Source: a bacterium (GTDB lineage Bacteria > Patescibacteriota > Patescibacteriia > Veblenbacterales > UBA10138). From it: a stretch of 64,000 nucleotides of DNA. The position numbers were made by a program, and so were the translations under genes. Numbering within the stretch: position 1 is the first letter of the stretch; each line of letters opens with the position of its first letter. The notes under the pieces are model-generated. The model had not been told where the DNA came from and did not search any database. It saw nothing but the letters and a program-made list of their open reading frames with translations. This document shows, piece after piece, positions 38,560-47,658 of this stretch. The stretch is taken from contig JAGVEX010000015.1 in NCBI GenBank assembly GCA_020057885.1, forward strand, positions 55,862-119,861, written 5' to 3'.

Positions 38560-41267
38560 TATTGCACGTGTTCTGCTATATTAACAGCTTCCAACCGATT
38601 TTTCATTGCTTCAAACTGAGTATAAGTAGCACTGGGATTATTCAGCAACGCATCAGCCTGCGCGGCTAATTGCGCTAAAGTAATACTTTCACCCGGCACT
38701 TGTCCTCCTCCTGCCCCAAAATAAGCAATACTAAATTTAAGCGCTAATAATTGCCCTCTTACTCTATTGCGCATGGTATCAGAATAACGGACAAATACTT
38801 CCTGAGCTTGAAATGCCGTACTAATTATTTCACTGCCTAAAATTTGCGGTAAAATCCATTGGCTAGGATGATTTATCCAATAACCTTTTGATTTAACTTG
38901 TAAATCTACACATTGCAACGGATCGTCATTAGTTACGGTGCAAGTTTTGGTTTCGCCTTGAACAATAATACCGCCGCAGCCCGCACCAATTGTTTTGGTG
39001 TAACCAAAGCTATCAACCTCGTCAACAATATAAGTGCCCGGCTCAACAGTAACTGCTGTACCATCTTCGGAACCAGGTAAATTAAGCACCATTCCGCTAT
39101 TCATACTTATTTTCATGGTGAAATCTCGGGCTTGTTTAGTGCCGCCATTATCATTAATAACGTGTTTTTTTACAAGCAAAATTGTATCACAGGTAGAACG
39201 CGTGCCTGTGGTATGTACTGTGTTACTCTCCACCCACTGCCAATTTAATTCATTAGCAGAAATTCGGGCAGTATTAGGAATATCAAATGGACCACAAGGC
39301 GGCTGCTTAATATTAGCGCTCCAGCTTACCCAACCCGATTGTCCCGGAACAACTGTGTGCGCGTTCCAGCGTAAAATACTGCCGTCAAATACCGAACCAT
39401 AATAACCCGCGTCAACATTACTGGAATGGGTTTCAGTAACATAAGTCAAAAGCGGATTAACCGTATCTTCTATCTTTACTCCCCCGCCCGTACAATTCAG
39501 CTTGCCAATATTCTTAAAATTAATAGTATAAGTTAACTGCTCACCCGGATTAGCAGTAGTTTTATTAACCTGTTTAGTAATTTGCAAAATACACTTAGGC
39601 GGCACGTAAACATCATTGTTTGTCACTATACAAGTTTTAGTTTCTCCGACCGCGATAGTACCAGCACAATCGGCGCCTAGAGTTTTATTATAATCAGCTA
39701 CAAAATTTTCATCCACGCTATAAGCTCCCGCGTCAAGCGTTACGTTAGTACCAGTTTCGGAGCCAGTAAACGAAGGCATTGAAACATTTGTACCAGTAAC
39801 ATTCATAGTGAAATCAGCTGCCAACTTAATACCGCCATCATCGTTAATTACGTGCTTTACTACTATCAAATGAGCGTGCTTATCCTCTGGCGGTTGGCAA
39901 ATAAAATTCGGATTATTGCGCGCTTGTTCAACTTGGAATGATAAATCAACTTTCAGCGAATCGGTTTGCGATTCGTTACCCATAGTAGAACCATTACAAT
40001 TAAGACTGTTAGCACTAATATTAGCGGTCAGAGTGCCGGCGCACCACGCTAAACCAACATAACTAGTTGTATCGCCAGCTAAAGCTCCAGCAACGGGCGT
40101 ATACAAGGCATAATATTTATTATCAAATGCCTCTTGAGCTGTTACAGGATTAGATAACAATGGTTCTTCGCCAGGCTCCCAAATATTATCGCCATCATCG
40201 CGCCATATAAATACTGTAACGTGTTCGCCGAGTTCGCCATTACCCGGGCCGTCGGTTGAATCTACCAATGCCTCTGGTTTGGTTAAACCATTATCGTCAT
40301 CTCTTAAATTGGTGGCCAAAAGACAGGCGTAAGCATCGTTTGTATCCACGTGCAAGCTTATAGTGTTCTCACCTTTATCGTTTGGCTTAACGCTATTTAA
40401 ATCAAAAAATTTAGTAGTAGGACCCAGATCAGTTAACTCCCAAGTGCTGGCGCAACTCTGCCCGACTAATGAATTCGAACGGCAATCTAAATTAGAAAGT
40501 TTTACTTCATCTAAAAATACTCCGTAACTTTCGTCCAGTCCGCCGCCCACAAACTCCACACGCGTAGTGGTGGATGTAGTAATTACTTCGTATTCATAAT
40601 ATTCCCAAGCTGTATTGCTAATAGCCGAACCATTGGCCGCCAAATCTGCCACTTGTGTACCGCCCAAATTAACTTTGAGTTTATTATTATCCGCTCCTGT
40701 GCCAGGCCGCGGCGAAAACTTAAAGCTTAAGCGATATTTATTGCCAACTACAGTATTCACATCCTGATAAATTTTTACCAAAGCCGGCTCGCCGTTTAAG
40801 CTACCATTTGGCCCATCCCAATCTGCATCAAGCTCGGCATATTGATTACCACTGCTTGGCAACCAACCATTCACGCCACGGTGAAACTCCACTTGAGCAA
40901 TCAGCGGCCTAATAGCCGACCCAAATGTTGTTTGGGTTCCTACCCATTCTACATTCCAACCAAGCGAGAGGGTACCCGAGGGGTAAATATCCCATTTTTT
41001 ATCCGAAGTTACTGTTGGATTCTCAAAATCACCATTTTGTAACAAATTAGTGCTGGTTGGTACGCAAGATTGTACCCACACGCCATCTTTACAAACTATG
41101 CCATTGTAATGCCCTTGGCTATCTACTTTAAGATTCAAATCACCCGCCACAAACGTATTGCCATTTGAAGATTCAGTATCACTAACAAAAGCACCAGTGC
41201 CACCGGTGATGATTATCACCCCCGCACCTATTGCTAATATTGCTAATAATAATTTCTTGGCTGACAT
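38547..41267 (-). CDS. Multidomain SipW-signal TasA-like protein (sugar-binding-like insert, SpaA-like and DUF11-like domains)
   Basis: GTGAFVSDTESSNGNTFVAG, NLLQNGDFE, VKP.D.GENTISLHV, QARNNPNF. Confidence 0.8.
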   Translation of the reverse strand: MSAKKLLLAILAIGAGVIIITGGTGAFVSDTESSNGNTFVAGDLNLKVDSQGHYNGIVCKDGVWVQSCVPTSTNLLQNGDFENPTVTSDKKWDIYPSGTLSLGWNVEWVGTQTTFGSAIRPLIAQVEFHRGVNGWLPSSGNQYAELDADWDGPNGSLNGEPALVKIYQDVNTVVGNKYRLSFKFSPRPGTGADNNKLKVNLGGTQVADLAANGSAISNTAWEYYEYEVITTSTTTRVEFVGGGLDESYGVFLDEVKLSNLDCRSNSLVGQSCASTWELTDLGPTTKFFDLNSVKPNDKGENTISLHVDTNDAYACLLATNLRDDDNGLTKPEALVDSTDGPGNGELGEHVTVFIWRDDGDNIWEPGEEPLLSNPVTAQEAFDNKYYALYTPVAGALAGDTTSYVGLAWCAGTLTANISANSLNCNGSTMGNESQTDSLKVDLSFQVEQARNNPNFICQPPEDKHAHLIVVKHVINDDGGIKLAADFTMNVTGTNVSMPSFTGSETGTNVTLDAGAYSVDENFVADYNKTLGADCAGTIAVGETKTCIVTNNDVYVPPKCILQITKQVNKTTANPGEQLTYTINFKNIGKLNCTGGGVKIEDTVNPLLTYVTETHSSNVDAGYYGSVFDGSILRWNAHTVVPGQSGWVSWSANIKQPPCGPFDIPNTARISANELNWQWVESNTVHTTGTRSTCDTILLVKKHVINDNGGTKQARDFTMKISMNSGMVLNLPGSEDGTAVTVEPGTYIVDEVDSFGYTKTIGAGCGGIIVQGETKTCTVTNDDPLQCVDLQVKSKGYWINHPSQWILPQILGSEIISTAFQAQEVFVRYSDTMRNRVRGQLLALKFSIAYFGAGGGQVPGESITLAQLAAQADALLNNPSATYTQFEAMKNRLEAVNIAEHVQYCAP

Positions 41268-41301
41268 TTGATAAATTGATTACTTAATATTATCTAAATT
41301 A

Positions 41302-42678
41302 TTAATTGAATGTTTGATTAGTATTCACGGCGTTGTATGTACTTGTGATAGGGCTAGACCATGTGAAATCAGAATATTCGTTTCCTGTTCCTTGAAGCTG
41401 TAAAGAATAACCTATAGGGGTAGTAGATGATTCAGTAACACCAATGTCAACCGACATCATACCAGCAGCCGGACCGTTTGCGGCTGTAAAACTACCACCA
41501 TAACTTAAAAATTTAACGACTGTATTATCCGACTTTACGAGTGCAAGACCATCAGGTGAACCATTCTGGACGCTAACCTTAGCAAACCACAATGTACCAA
41601 AACCTCCTTGTTGACTAGGAATTGTACTGGAAAGATTTATAGTGTCGTAACTTGCTTGATTGCTACCATTATACAAAACGACTTTCCAACCAATTAAATC
41701 CGTACCTGCAACGCCTGCAATTTCCACACCTTCATTGGCATCTGTCCCGGTATTGTCATAATGAATCTCATTAATCCATACCTTAGCTACCTCGCAAGCA
41801 TCCCCAATGCCGTTACTATCTGAATCTAGTTGGTCAGGATTAGAAATATTCGAACAATTGTCACAAACGTCCCCGACACCGTCCGCATCTGTATCTATTT
41901 GATCAGGATTATAAGTTGCAGGACAATTATCTCGCGCGTCAGCTATACCATCAACATCACCATCCACTGACAAAGGAATACATCGGAAATTGGTATTATT
42001 TCTGGCCTGCACTACATTAAAAGAAATATCACCAATCAGACTATCGGTTTGCACTTTATTTCCGATTCCAGCAGGTAAATTCCAAGAGACGCCAAGATAT
42101 CCAATTGTTCCGCTCGGCAATGCTCCCGTGCCTGTGGTTGAATCGTAAACCGGTAATACGCCGTTTATTGGATAACCAGTAGCCAATGTTTGCTCAGTTC
42201 CATTTTGGATATTGTCGCCAGCAACTCCTCCCCCTGTACCATCGTCTCTCCAAACAGTCCAAACCATAGTATTTTGTAATTCACCTTCGCCGGCTCCGCC
42301 AGTCGTATCAACCACACTTTCTGGTTCGGTTAATCCATTATCATCGCTAGTCAAATTGACAACTTCCGCGCAAACCCAGGCATCGTTGTTTATCACATGC
42401 AAACTAATAGTGTTCTCGCCGTAGTCGCCTGGCTTAACATCAGAAAAGTTAAAAAACTTATCACTAGTTGGAACCAAATCTTTCAACTTCCATAAACCAC
42501 ATTCGCTTGAGGCAACACCATTGTAACTGCACTGACTATCAACCTTAAGGTCAATCGCTCCGGCAGTAAAGGTATTACCAGTGGAAGTTTCAGTATCGCT
42601 AAACAAAGCGCTGGTACCAGCCACCACCACAGCCCCAACGGCTGCAAGAATGCTTAAACTTAAAATAATTTTCTTCAT
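41302..42678 (-). CDS. SipW-signal TasA-like protein with TSP type-3 repeats and lamin-tail domain
   Basis: GTSALFSDTETSTGNTFTAG; DxDxDGxxDxxDNC repeats; INEIHYDN..D..E. Confidence 0.85.
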   Translation of the reverse strand: MKKIILSLSILAAVGAVVVAGTSALFSDTETSTGNTFTAGAIDLKVDSQCSYNGVASSECGLWKLKDLVPTSDKFFNFSDVKPGDYGENTISLHVINNDAWVCAEVVNLTSDDNGLTEPESVVDTTGGAGEGELQNTMVWTVWRDDGTGGGVAGDNIQNGTEQTLATGYPINGVLPVYDSTTGTGALPSGTIGYLGVSWNLPAGIGNKVQTDSLIGDISFNVVQARNNTNFRCIPLSVDGDVDGIADARDNCPATYNPDQIDTDADGVGDVCDNCSNISNPDQLDSDSNGIGDACEVAKVWINEIHYDNTGTDANEGVEIAGVAGTDLIGWKVVLYNGSNQASYDTINLSSTIPSQQGGFGTLWFAKVSVQNGSPDGLALVKSDNTVVKFLSYGGSFTAANGPAAGMMSVDIGVTESSTTPIGYSLQLQGTGNEYSDFTWSSPITSTYNAVNTNQTFN

Positions 42679-42875
42679 ATAAATTAGAGTTAAACTAAAT
42701 TATTTTGGGCTATTGGCTACTAGCTATATGCTAATAGCTATTTAACGCCTCGGCTCTCTCCGCAAATTTTTTCGATTTACGAAGAGGAGCAGGCTTTAAA
42801 CGCCTAACGCGGTTATTGTTGTTTTTGTAACCAAATAAATGGTTAGAGCAACTAATTGCTTAGATATAACGATAA

Positions 42876-44258
42876 TTATGGTAACGGATTGTCGTCGTTC
42901 GTGATAGTACAAATAATGGCTTCGCCTTCATCAAGCGTAGCTGTACCACCGAGCACGGCTGGACACTTAATATTTCCAATAATAGATACGAAGGTGTAGC
43001 CCACGCGCCCTACCTCATTAATAGTGTGCGGAATGTTTGAATTTACCGCCACCGAGGTATTGTTTTGAACAAGGTTGCCGTCAATATTAAGGCCGAACAT
43101 AGTTGGTCCAGCGGTACCACCATTGTCATTAATCACGTTTTTTATAAGCGTGATATTACCAGGCAAGTCATTATTTACTATAGTGCAAGATTTGTTATCA
43201 CCTGCATTAAGAGTAACTTGACCAAACTGATCACAATCGGGTCCACTGAACGATGCTACATATCCCATAATACCTGTCTCGGTCACCACATAGTTACCTG
43301 GTGGTACCTGAACTGGTACGCCAGATGTAACTGGAAATGGTGTCATGTAATTATCAACAAATAATTGATAATCACCAACGACATTATTACCGCCATTATC
43401 ATTTACAATTTCTTTAGTAACTGTAATAGTTGCGAGTCGAGGTTTACCGTCGCAAGTGTAATTTGGATTGTGTCGAGCTTGTACAGCGCGGAAAGCAATA
43501 TCCATCGTCACGCCATCAGTTTGGCTTTCGTTGCCAAGCTGAGTACCGTTACAAGTAAACCCAGAACCCTGCGCTCCCAAAGGACTATCATAGTCGCCTG
43601 GTGTAACAGGATTAAGAGTCATTGTGCCATAGCACCAACCTTTGGCAATATAGTAAGTTTCGCCACCTAGCGCCGGGCCGGGTACACCGGTCCAAACGTT
43701 TGTATTGGCATCAGCCAAAACAGCTGAAAACTTTTTATCCTCACCAAATAAACTTAGGATGGTTTGCTCGCCGTCAGAAAGCAAGGTTTCGCCTTGTTCC
43801 AAAACATTGTCGCCATCATCCACCCACCAAACCATTTTAACCAAGTTGCCAAGTTCACCATCCCACGTATCATTCACGTCTTCTGGTGCGTCAACTATAA
43901 GCTCTGGTTCGGTAGATGAAATATCGTTGTTAGTTGTAAGCGACATATCCAAACACAAGTATGCGTCGTTGTTGTTAACGTGGAGAGAAATAGTATCCTC
44001 ACCCTCGTCATCTGGCTTTAGATCGGTAAAGTTGATAAGTAAGAGCCCGTTGCCTAAATCCGAAGGGCCGAAAGTAGTTATATCCGAAATCGCTCCGTTA
44101 TAGTAACTCTCGTTATCTACTTTAAGATCAATCGCGCCAGCCACAAAAACGTTACCGCTAGCTGTTTCGGTGTCGCTTAAGAAAGCGCTAGTCGCTCCAA
44201 AACCGACAACCACAGCTAAGGCTCCAATAACCGCTAAACTGAAAATTATTCTTTTCAT
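42876..44258 (-). CDS. SipW-signal TasA-like protein with two SpaA-like repeats
   Basis: ATSAFLSDTETASGNVFVAG; core LKPDDEGEDTISLHV; C-terminal NDNGG repeats. Confidence 0.82.
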   Translation of the reverse strand: MKRIIFSLAVIGALAVVVGFGATSAFLSDTETASGNVFVAGAIDLKVDNESYYNGAISDITTFGPSDLGNGLLLINFTDLKPDDEGEDTISLHVNNNDAYLCLDMSLTTNNDISSTEPELIVDAPEDVNDTWDGELGNLVKMVWWVDDGDNVLEQGETLLSDGEQTILSLFGEDKKFSAVLADANTNVWTGVPGPALGGETYYIAKGWCYGTMTLNPVTPGDYDSPLGAQGSGFTCNGTQLGNESQTDGVTMDIAFRAVQARHNPNYTCDGKPRLATITVTKEIVNDNGGNNVVGDYQLFVDNYMTPFPVTSGVPVQVPPGNYVVTETGIMGYVASFSGPDCDQFGQVTLNAGDNKSCTIVNNDLPGNITLIKNVINDNGGTAGPTMFGLNIDGNLVQNNTSVAVNSNIPHTINEVGRVGYTFVSIIGNIKCPAVLGGTATLDEGEAIICTITNDDNPLP

Positions 44259-44335
44259 AGCAGTGCATCTTTCCTCTTACCCTAATGCTGAAATCTAAAT
44301 AATCTCAAAATTAAGTTTGAGGAAAGTGGAGTTAG

Positions 44336-45184
44336 TTAGCGCCTGGTAGGAAGTACGCAAGTAAAGTTAGGGTTGTTTCTGGCTTGTTCAACACGGAAAG
44401 CTATGTTAGCTGTCATGGTGTCGGTCTGAGCAATGTTACCCAATCCATTACCATCGCAAGTTATGATTGCATTAGCAGTTGGTGTCGCGGCGGTTACATT
44501 CATTGTACCTGCGCACCAAGCCAAACCAATGTATCTTGTTGTATTACCTGCCAAAGGACCAGTGATGGAATTAGCTAAGGTGTAAGACTTGCCACCAAGT
44601 ACGTCGCTGGCTGGACCATAAAGGTTAGAGAATAACTGTTGCTCGCCTGCTTCCCAAATATTGTCGCCATCATCTGCCCAAGCAGTGAAGTAAATGCCTT
44701 GTGCGAGGTCACCAGTTGTGGTTCCATCGGAAGCATTTAGTACTGAGCCATCTACCAAGTCTTCAGGAGTTGTAATGCCATTGTCGTCGTTTGCAGTAAT
44801 ATCTACATCAACACAGGCATAAGCGTCGTTGCTGTCAACGTGAAGCGAGATTGTATTCTCACCAGAGTCGCCAGGCTTAACATCCAAAAAATTAAAAAAC
44901 TTTTGTGCACCAAGATCAGCTAGCTCCCAAGAACCATCGCAAGGTGTTCCGGCCTTTGGATAAGCGGCATCACCAGACCAAATATATGGATATTGACCAT
45001 CTGTAGTAGCAACACAAACATTACCATTGTAGTGTTGTTCACTATCAACAGTTAAATCGATAGCGCCAGCAGTAAAGGTGTTACCAGTGGATGTTTCAGT
45101 ATCACTGAAAAAAGCAGTGGTGCCAGCAACTACCACAGCCCCAACGGCTGCGAGAATTGCCAAGCTTAAAAGAATTTTCTTCAT
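44336..45184 (-). CDS. SipW-signal TasA/CalY-like protein, core only (probable major subunit)
   Basis: GTTAFFSDTETSTGNTFTAG; VKPGDSGENTISLHV; first gene of the cluster. Confidence 0.85.
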   Translation of the reverse strand: MKKILLSLAILAAVGAVVVAGTTAFFSDTETSTGNTFTAGAIDLTVDSEQHYNGNVCVATTDGQYPYIWSGDAAYPKAGTPCDGSWELADLGAQKFFNFLDVKPGDSGENTISLHVDSNDAYACVDVDITANDDNGITTPEDLVDGSVLNASDGTTTGDLAQGIYFTAWADDGDNIWEAGEQQLFSNLYGPASDVLGGKSYTLANSITGPLAGNTTRYIGLAWCAGTMNVTAATPTANAIITCDGNGLGNIAQTDTMTANIAFRVEQARNNPNFTCVLPTRR

Positions 45185-45445
45185 AGTATTTTATAAGGTT
45201 AATTGTTAATTAGTTGCTTCTGCTTTCAGCCCAATAAATTAGGATAAAAGCGAAGCTTTACGTCATTAGAAATATAAATTTCTAATTGATGTGGCACGGT
45301 TTTATTTTTAATAACGTTTATCGCAACGTTTAAGCGTTCGACCTTTGGTGGCCACATCGAGGGCTGAGGGTTAAAGCAAGGCACGTGCCCGGCATTACTT
45401 ACACCCTTAGCCCCCTTTTGGCCAAACCGAGATTGCCAAACTAAT

Positions 45446-45541
45446 GAAGCCTCCACGGGCTTACGCCCGCGGTATCCTTCATTTCGCCTTGCACATTCAT
45501 CTACGACTTTACGGTCATAGTCTTCTGCGAAGGCGGATAAA
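45446..45541. repeat. Non-autonomous palindromic element resembling IS200/IS605 ends
   Basis: gaagcctccacgggcttacgcccgcgg hairpin plus second hairpin ending ctgcgaaggcggataaa; no transposase nearby. Confidence 0.45.
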
Positions 45542-45630
45542 AATTTAGCATGCCCCGTCTAACCACAAGGTGTGTGGCTTAAAAATTATTAATTAATTTA
45601 ATTCTTCAGTTTGTGTTTTTCTTTTTTTCC

Positions 45631-45669
45631 AAAACAAAAAACCACTACTATAAAAATAAAGTAGTGGCT
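45631..45669 (-). terminator. Terminator in the leader of the TasA-like cluster
   Basis: ccactact...agtagtgg followed by a T-run on the minus strand. Confidence 0.65.
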
Positions 45670-46074
45670 CCATTAGAGCACTTGGCAAAAAAATTGTGAT
45701 AACACCATTTCTTTAACCTATGTGACATTTTAATATAAGGTTACTACACAATTTAATAATTAAGCTGTCTAGGCCTTTTCATCTCGGTTTATTACCTTAC
45801 CGCACCACTAATAGGCTGTCAAGAAAAAGTTATGCACAACCCCCTTTTCCCCCAACCTCAAAACAAACCAACCGAACACTAAACTTATTCAGTTATAAAA
45901 TTTATGCCAATTTTAAAGCGTTTTATTTATTAATCCCTAACTAATACTAACTAGTAGGCGTTAGCATTAACCTAAATGAACCATCTGCTGGTTTACCCGC
46001 CTGCGACTCGATTGAACTCAGCAAAATTCGGTACGCAAGGTGGATAGGAGCAAAAATACGTAAATCATAAATTA

Positions 46075-46120
46075 ACCAACATAACACTTTTTGACGGCCG
46101 TCAAAAAGTGTTATGTTGGT
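46075..46120. repeat. Perfect 46-bp palindrome
   Basis: accaacataacactttttgacgg|ccgtcaaaaagtgttatgttggt. Confidence 0.9.
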
Positions 46121-46209
46121 GATTTAGAGTTGTGCTTTGCGTTAATGAATCCTCCACAAGCTTACTGCAGATAGGCCGAGCAGATGCGAAGGTGGACAAA
46201 AACAAAAAT

Positions 46210-46233
46210 AAGGCCGGACTCTAGTCCGGCCTT
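46210..46233 (-). terminator. Terminator after the CAP-domain gene
   Basis: aaggccggac-tcta-gtccggcctt with T-rich tail on the minus strand. Confidence 0.65.
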
Positions 46234-46264
46234 TAAGTTATAACCAACAATTTTACTCCAAGAC

Positions 46265-47575
46265 TTAAATTATAGTCAGTAATAGCGCCAACCCCACCAC
46301 CGCCAGCGAATGGCTTACAACTGAAACGTGCTGCACGCGGATTTTGATGAAGATATTAAGCAACAGCGCGGCTACCAAAAATACTACAAAATAAAAATAA
46401 AATTGGGTAACCGAATCGTCAAGATTACGTACTGTAAAAAAACCTAAAATTTTAGCAAACTTATTCGTGCCTTCGTTAAATACATAAAACTGTTGCGTGG
46501 AAACTTTAGGCGCTAACCACACTAACGATTTAGTATCAACTGAATCATCGCTTCCTATAACCATGGCTGATAACAATTCCCCGCCTTTACTAAATTGATC
46601 AGGATTAAACGCTATACTCCCCTGCCACACATCGTTATTTTGTTTAATTAAAACTACCGCTTCCGCAACCAACCGAACCACTACTGCTTTGGCATTTGTA
46701 ACTTTAATTTGTACTTGATAAGAATTATTATCTTGTAATACTTTCAAGCTTGATTCGTCAATAATGGGTTTAAGTACAACCGGTACTGGTTTTGCCACCG
46801 CACTAACTGGTGTTTTGGGAACAATAACAGCCGACTCCACCTCACCCGTAGTACTACCTGCTGTAACCGGCTCTAGCACTGGTTTGGGTGCTGGTGTATT
46901 GGTATTAGCATTAATAACAGGGGCAACTACCTCTTTAGTAACTGGTTTAATGGTTGTTGCTAAAGCTGTTTTAATTGGTGAGGCAAAATGCTCTACCACT
47001 ATAGTGGTATCAAAACCCTCAAATGTACCCATGGCCACGCCTACGCCTATCTCGGTATATTTGGGCATAACAATATTGGCGCGGTGCGTAGGGCTAGCGA
47101 GCCAGCCTGCTTGCAAATTCTCGGCGGTGGTAAAATGTACTGCTAAATTTTCACCAGCATAAGTATATTTGTAACCAGCTTTAGCAAACCAATCCCAGGG
47201 CGTGGCGCCTGCGGGACTAGTGTGCGCGAAATACTGATTCAAAAGCATATCCTCGGCTTTAGCTTGCGCGGAGGCGGTTAGCTTGTCATTCAACTTTAAA
47301 TCACCCAAACTTAAATTTTCTCTGGTTTGATTTGTTAGCTCAACAATATTCTGTGGCGTAATAGCGCTAGAAAATAAACTGGAAGAAGGTAGTGCAATAG
47401 GCACCACTACTACCAAAACTTTTAACAAAATTAAAATAACGCTATAGCCAATAAGCACATTGTGCTTTAAAGCGTGCGGGTGATAATTGTTGCCAGCGTG
47501 CGGAATAAAATGATCCCACAGGTGGCGGCCTGCTTTTTTGGTGTGCCTTGATATATGCTGAATGGCTTTTGACAT
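46265..47575 (-). CDS. CAP (SCP/Tpx/Ag5) domain membrane protein
   Basis: YFAHTSP, AGENLA, SPTHRANI, EIGV; N- and C-terminal TM. Confidence 0.9.
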   Translation of the reverse strand: MSKAIQHISRHTKKAGRHLWDHFIPHAGNNYHPHALKHNVLIGYSVILILLKVLVVVVPIALPSSSLFSSAITPQNIVELTNQTRENLSLGDLKLNDKLTASAQAKAEDMLLNQYFAHTSPAGATPWDWFAKAGYKYTYAGENLAVHFTTAENLQAGWLASPTHRANIVMPKYTEIGVGVAMGTFEGFDTTIVVEHFASPIKTALATTIKPVTKEVVAPVINANTNTPAPKPVLEPVTAGSTTGEVESAVIVPKTPVSAVAKPVPVVLKPIIDESSLKVLQDNNSYQVQIKVTNAKAVVVRLVAEAVVLIKQNNDVWQGSIAFNPDQFSKGGELLSAMVIGSDDSVDTKSLVWLAPKVSTQQFYVFNEGTNKFAKILGFFTVRNLDDSVTQFYFYFVVFLVAALLLNIFIKIRVQHVSVVSHSLAVVGLALLLTII

Positions 47576-47658
47576 ATATTATAAGCTCATTTAATAGCTT
47601 TTAACTTAACATTGTATACTACTTTAGATTAGCAATTTTGTCAAGAATTGTACAATTA

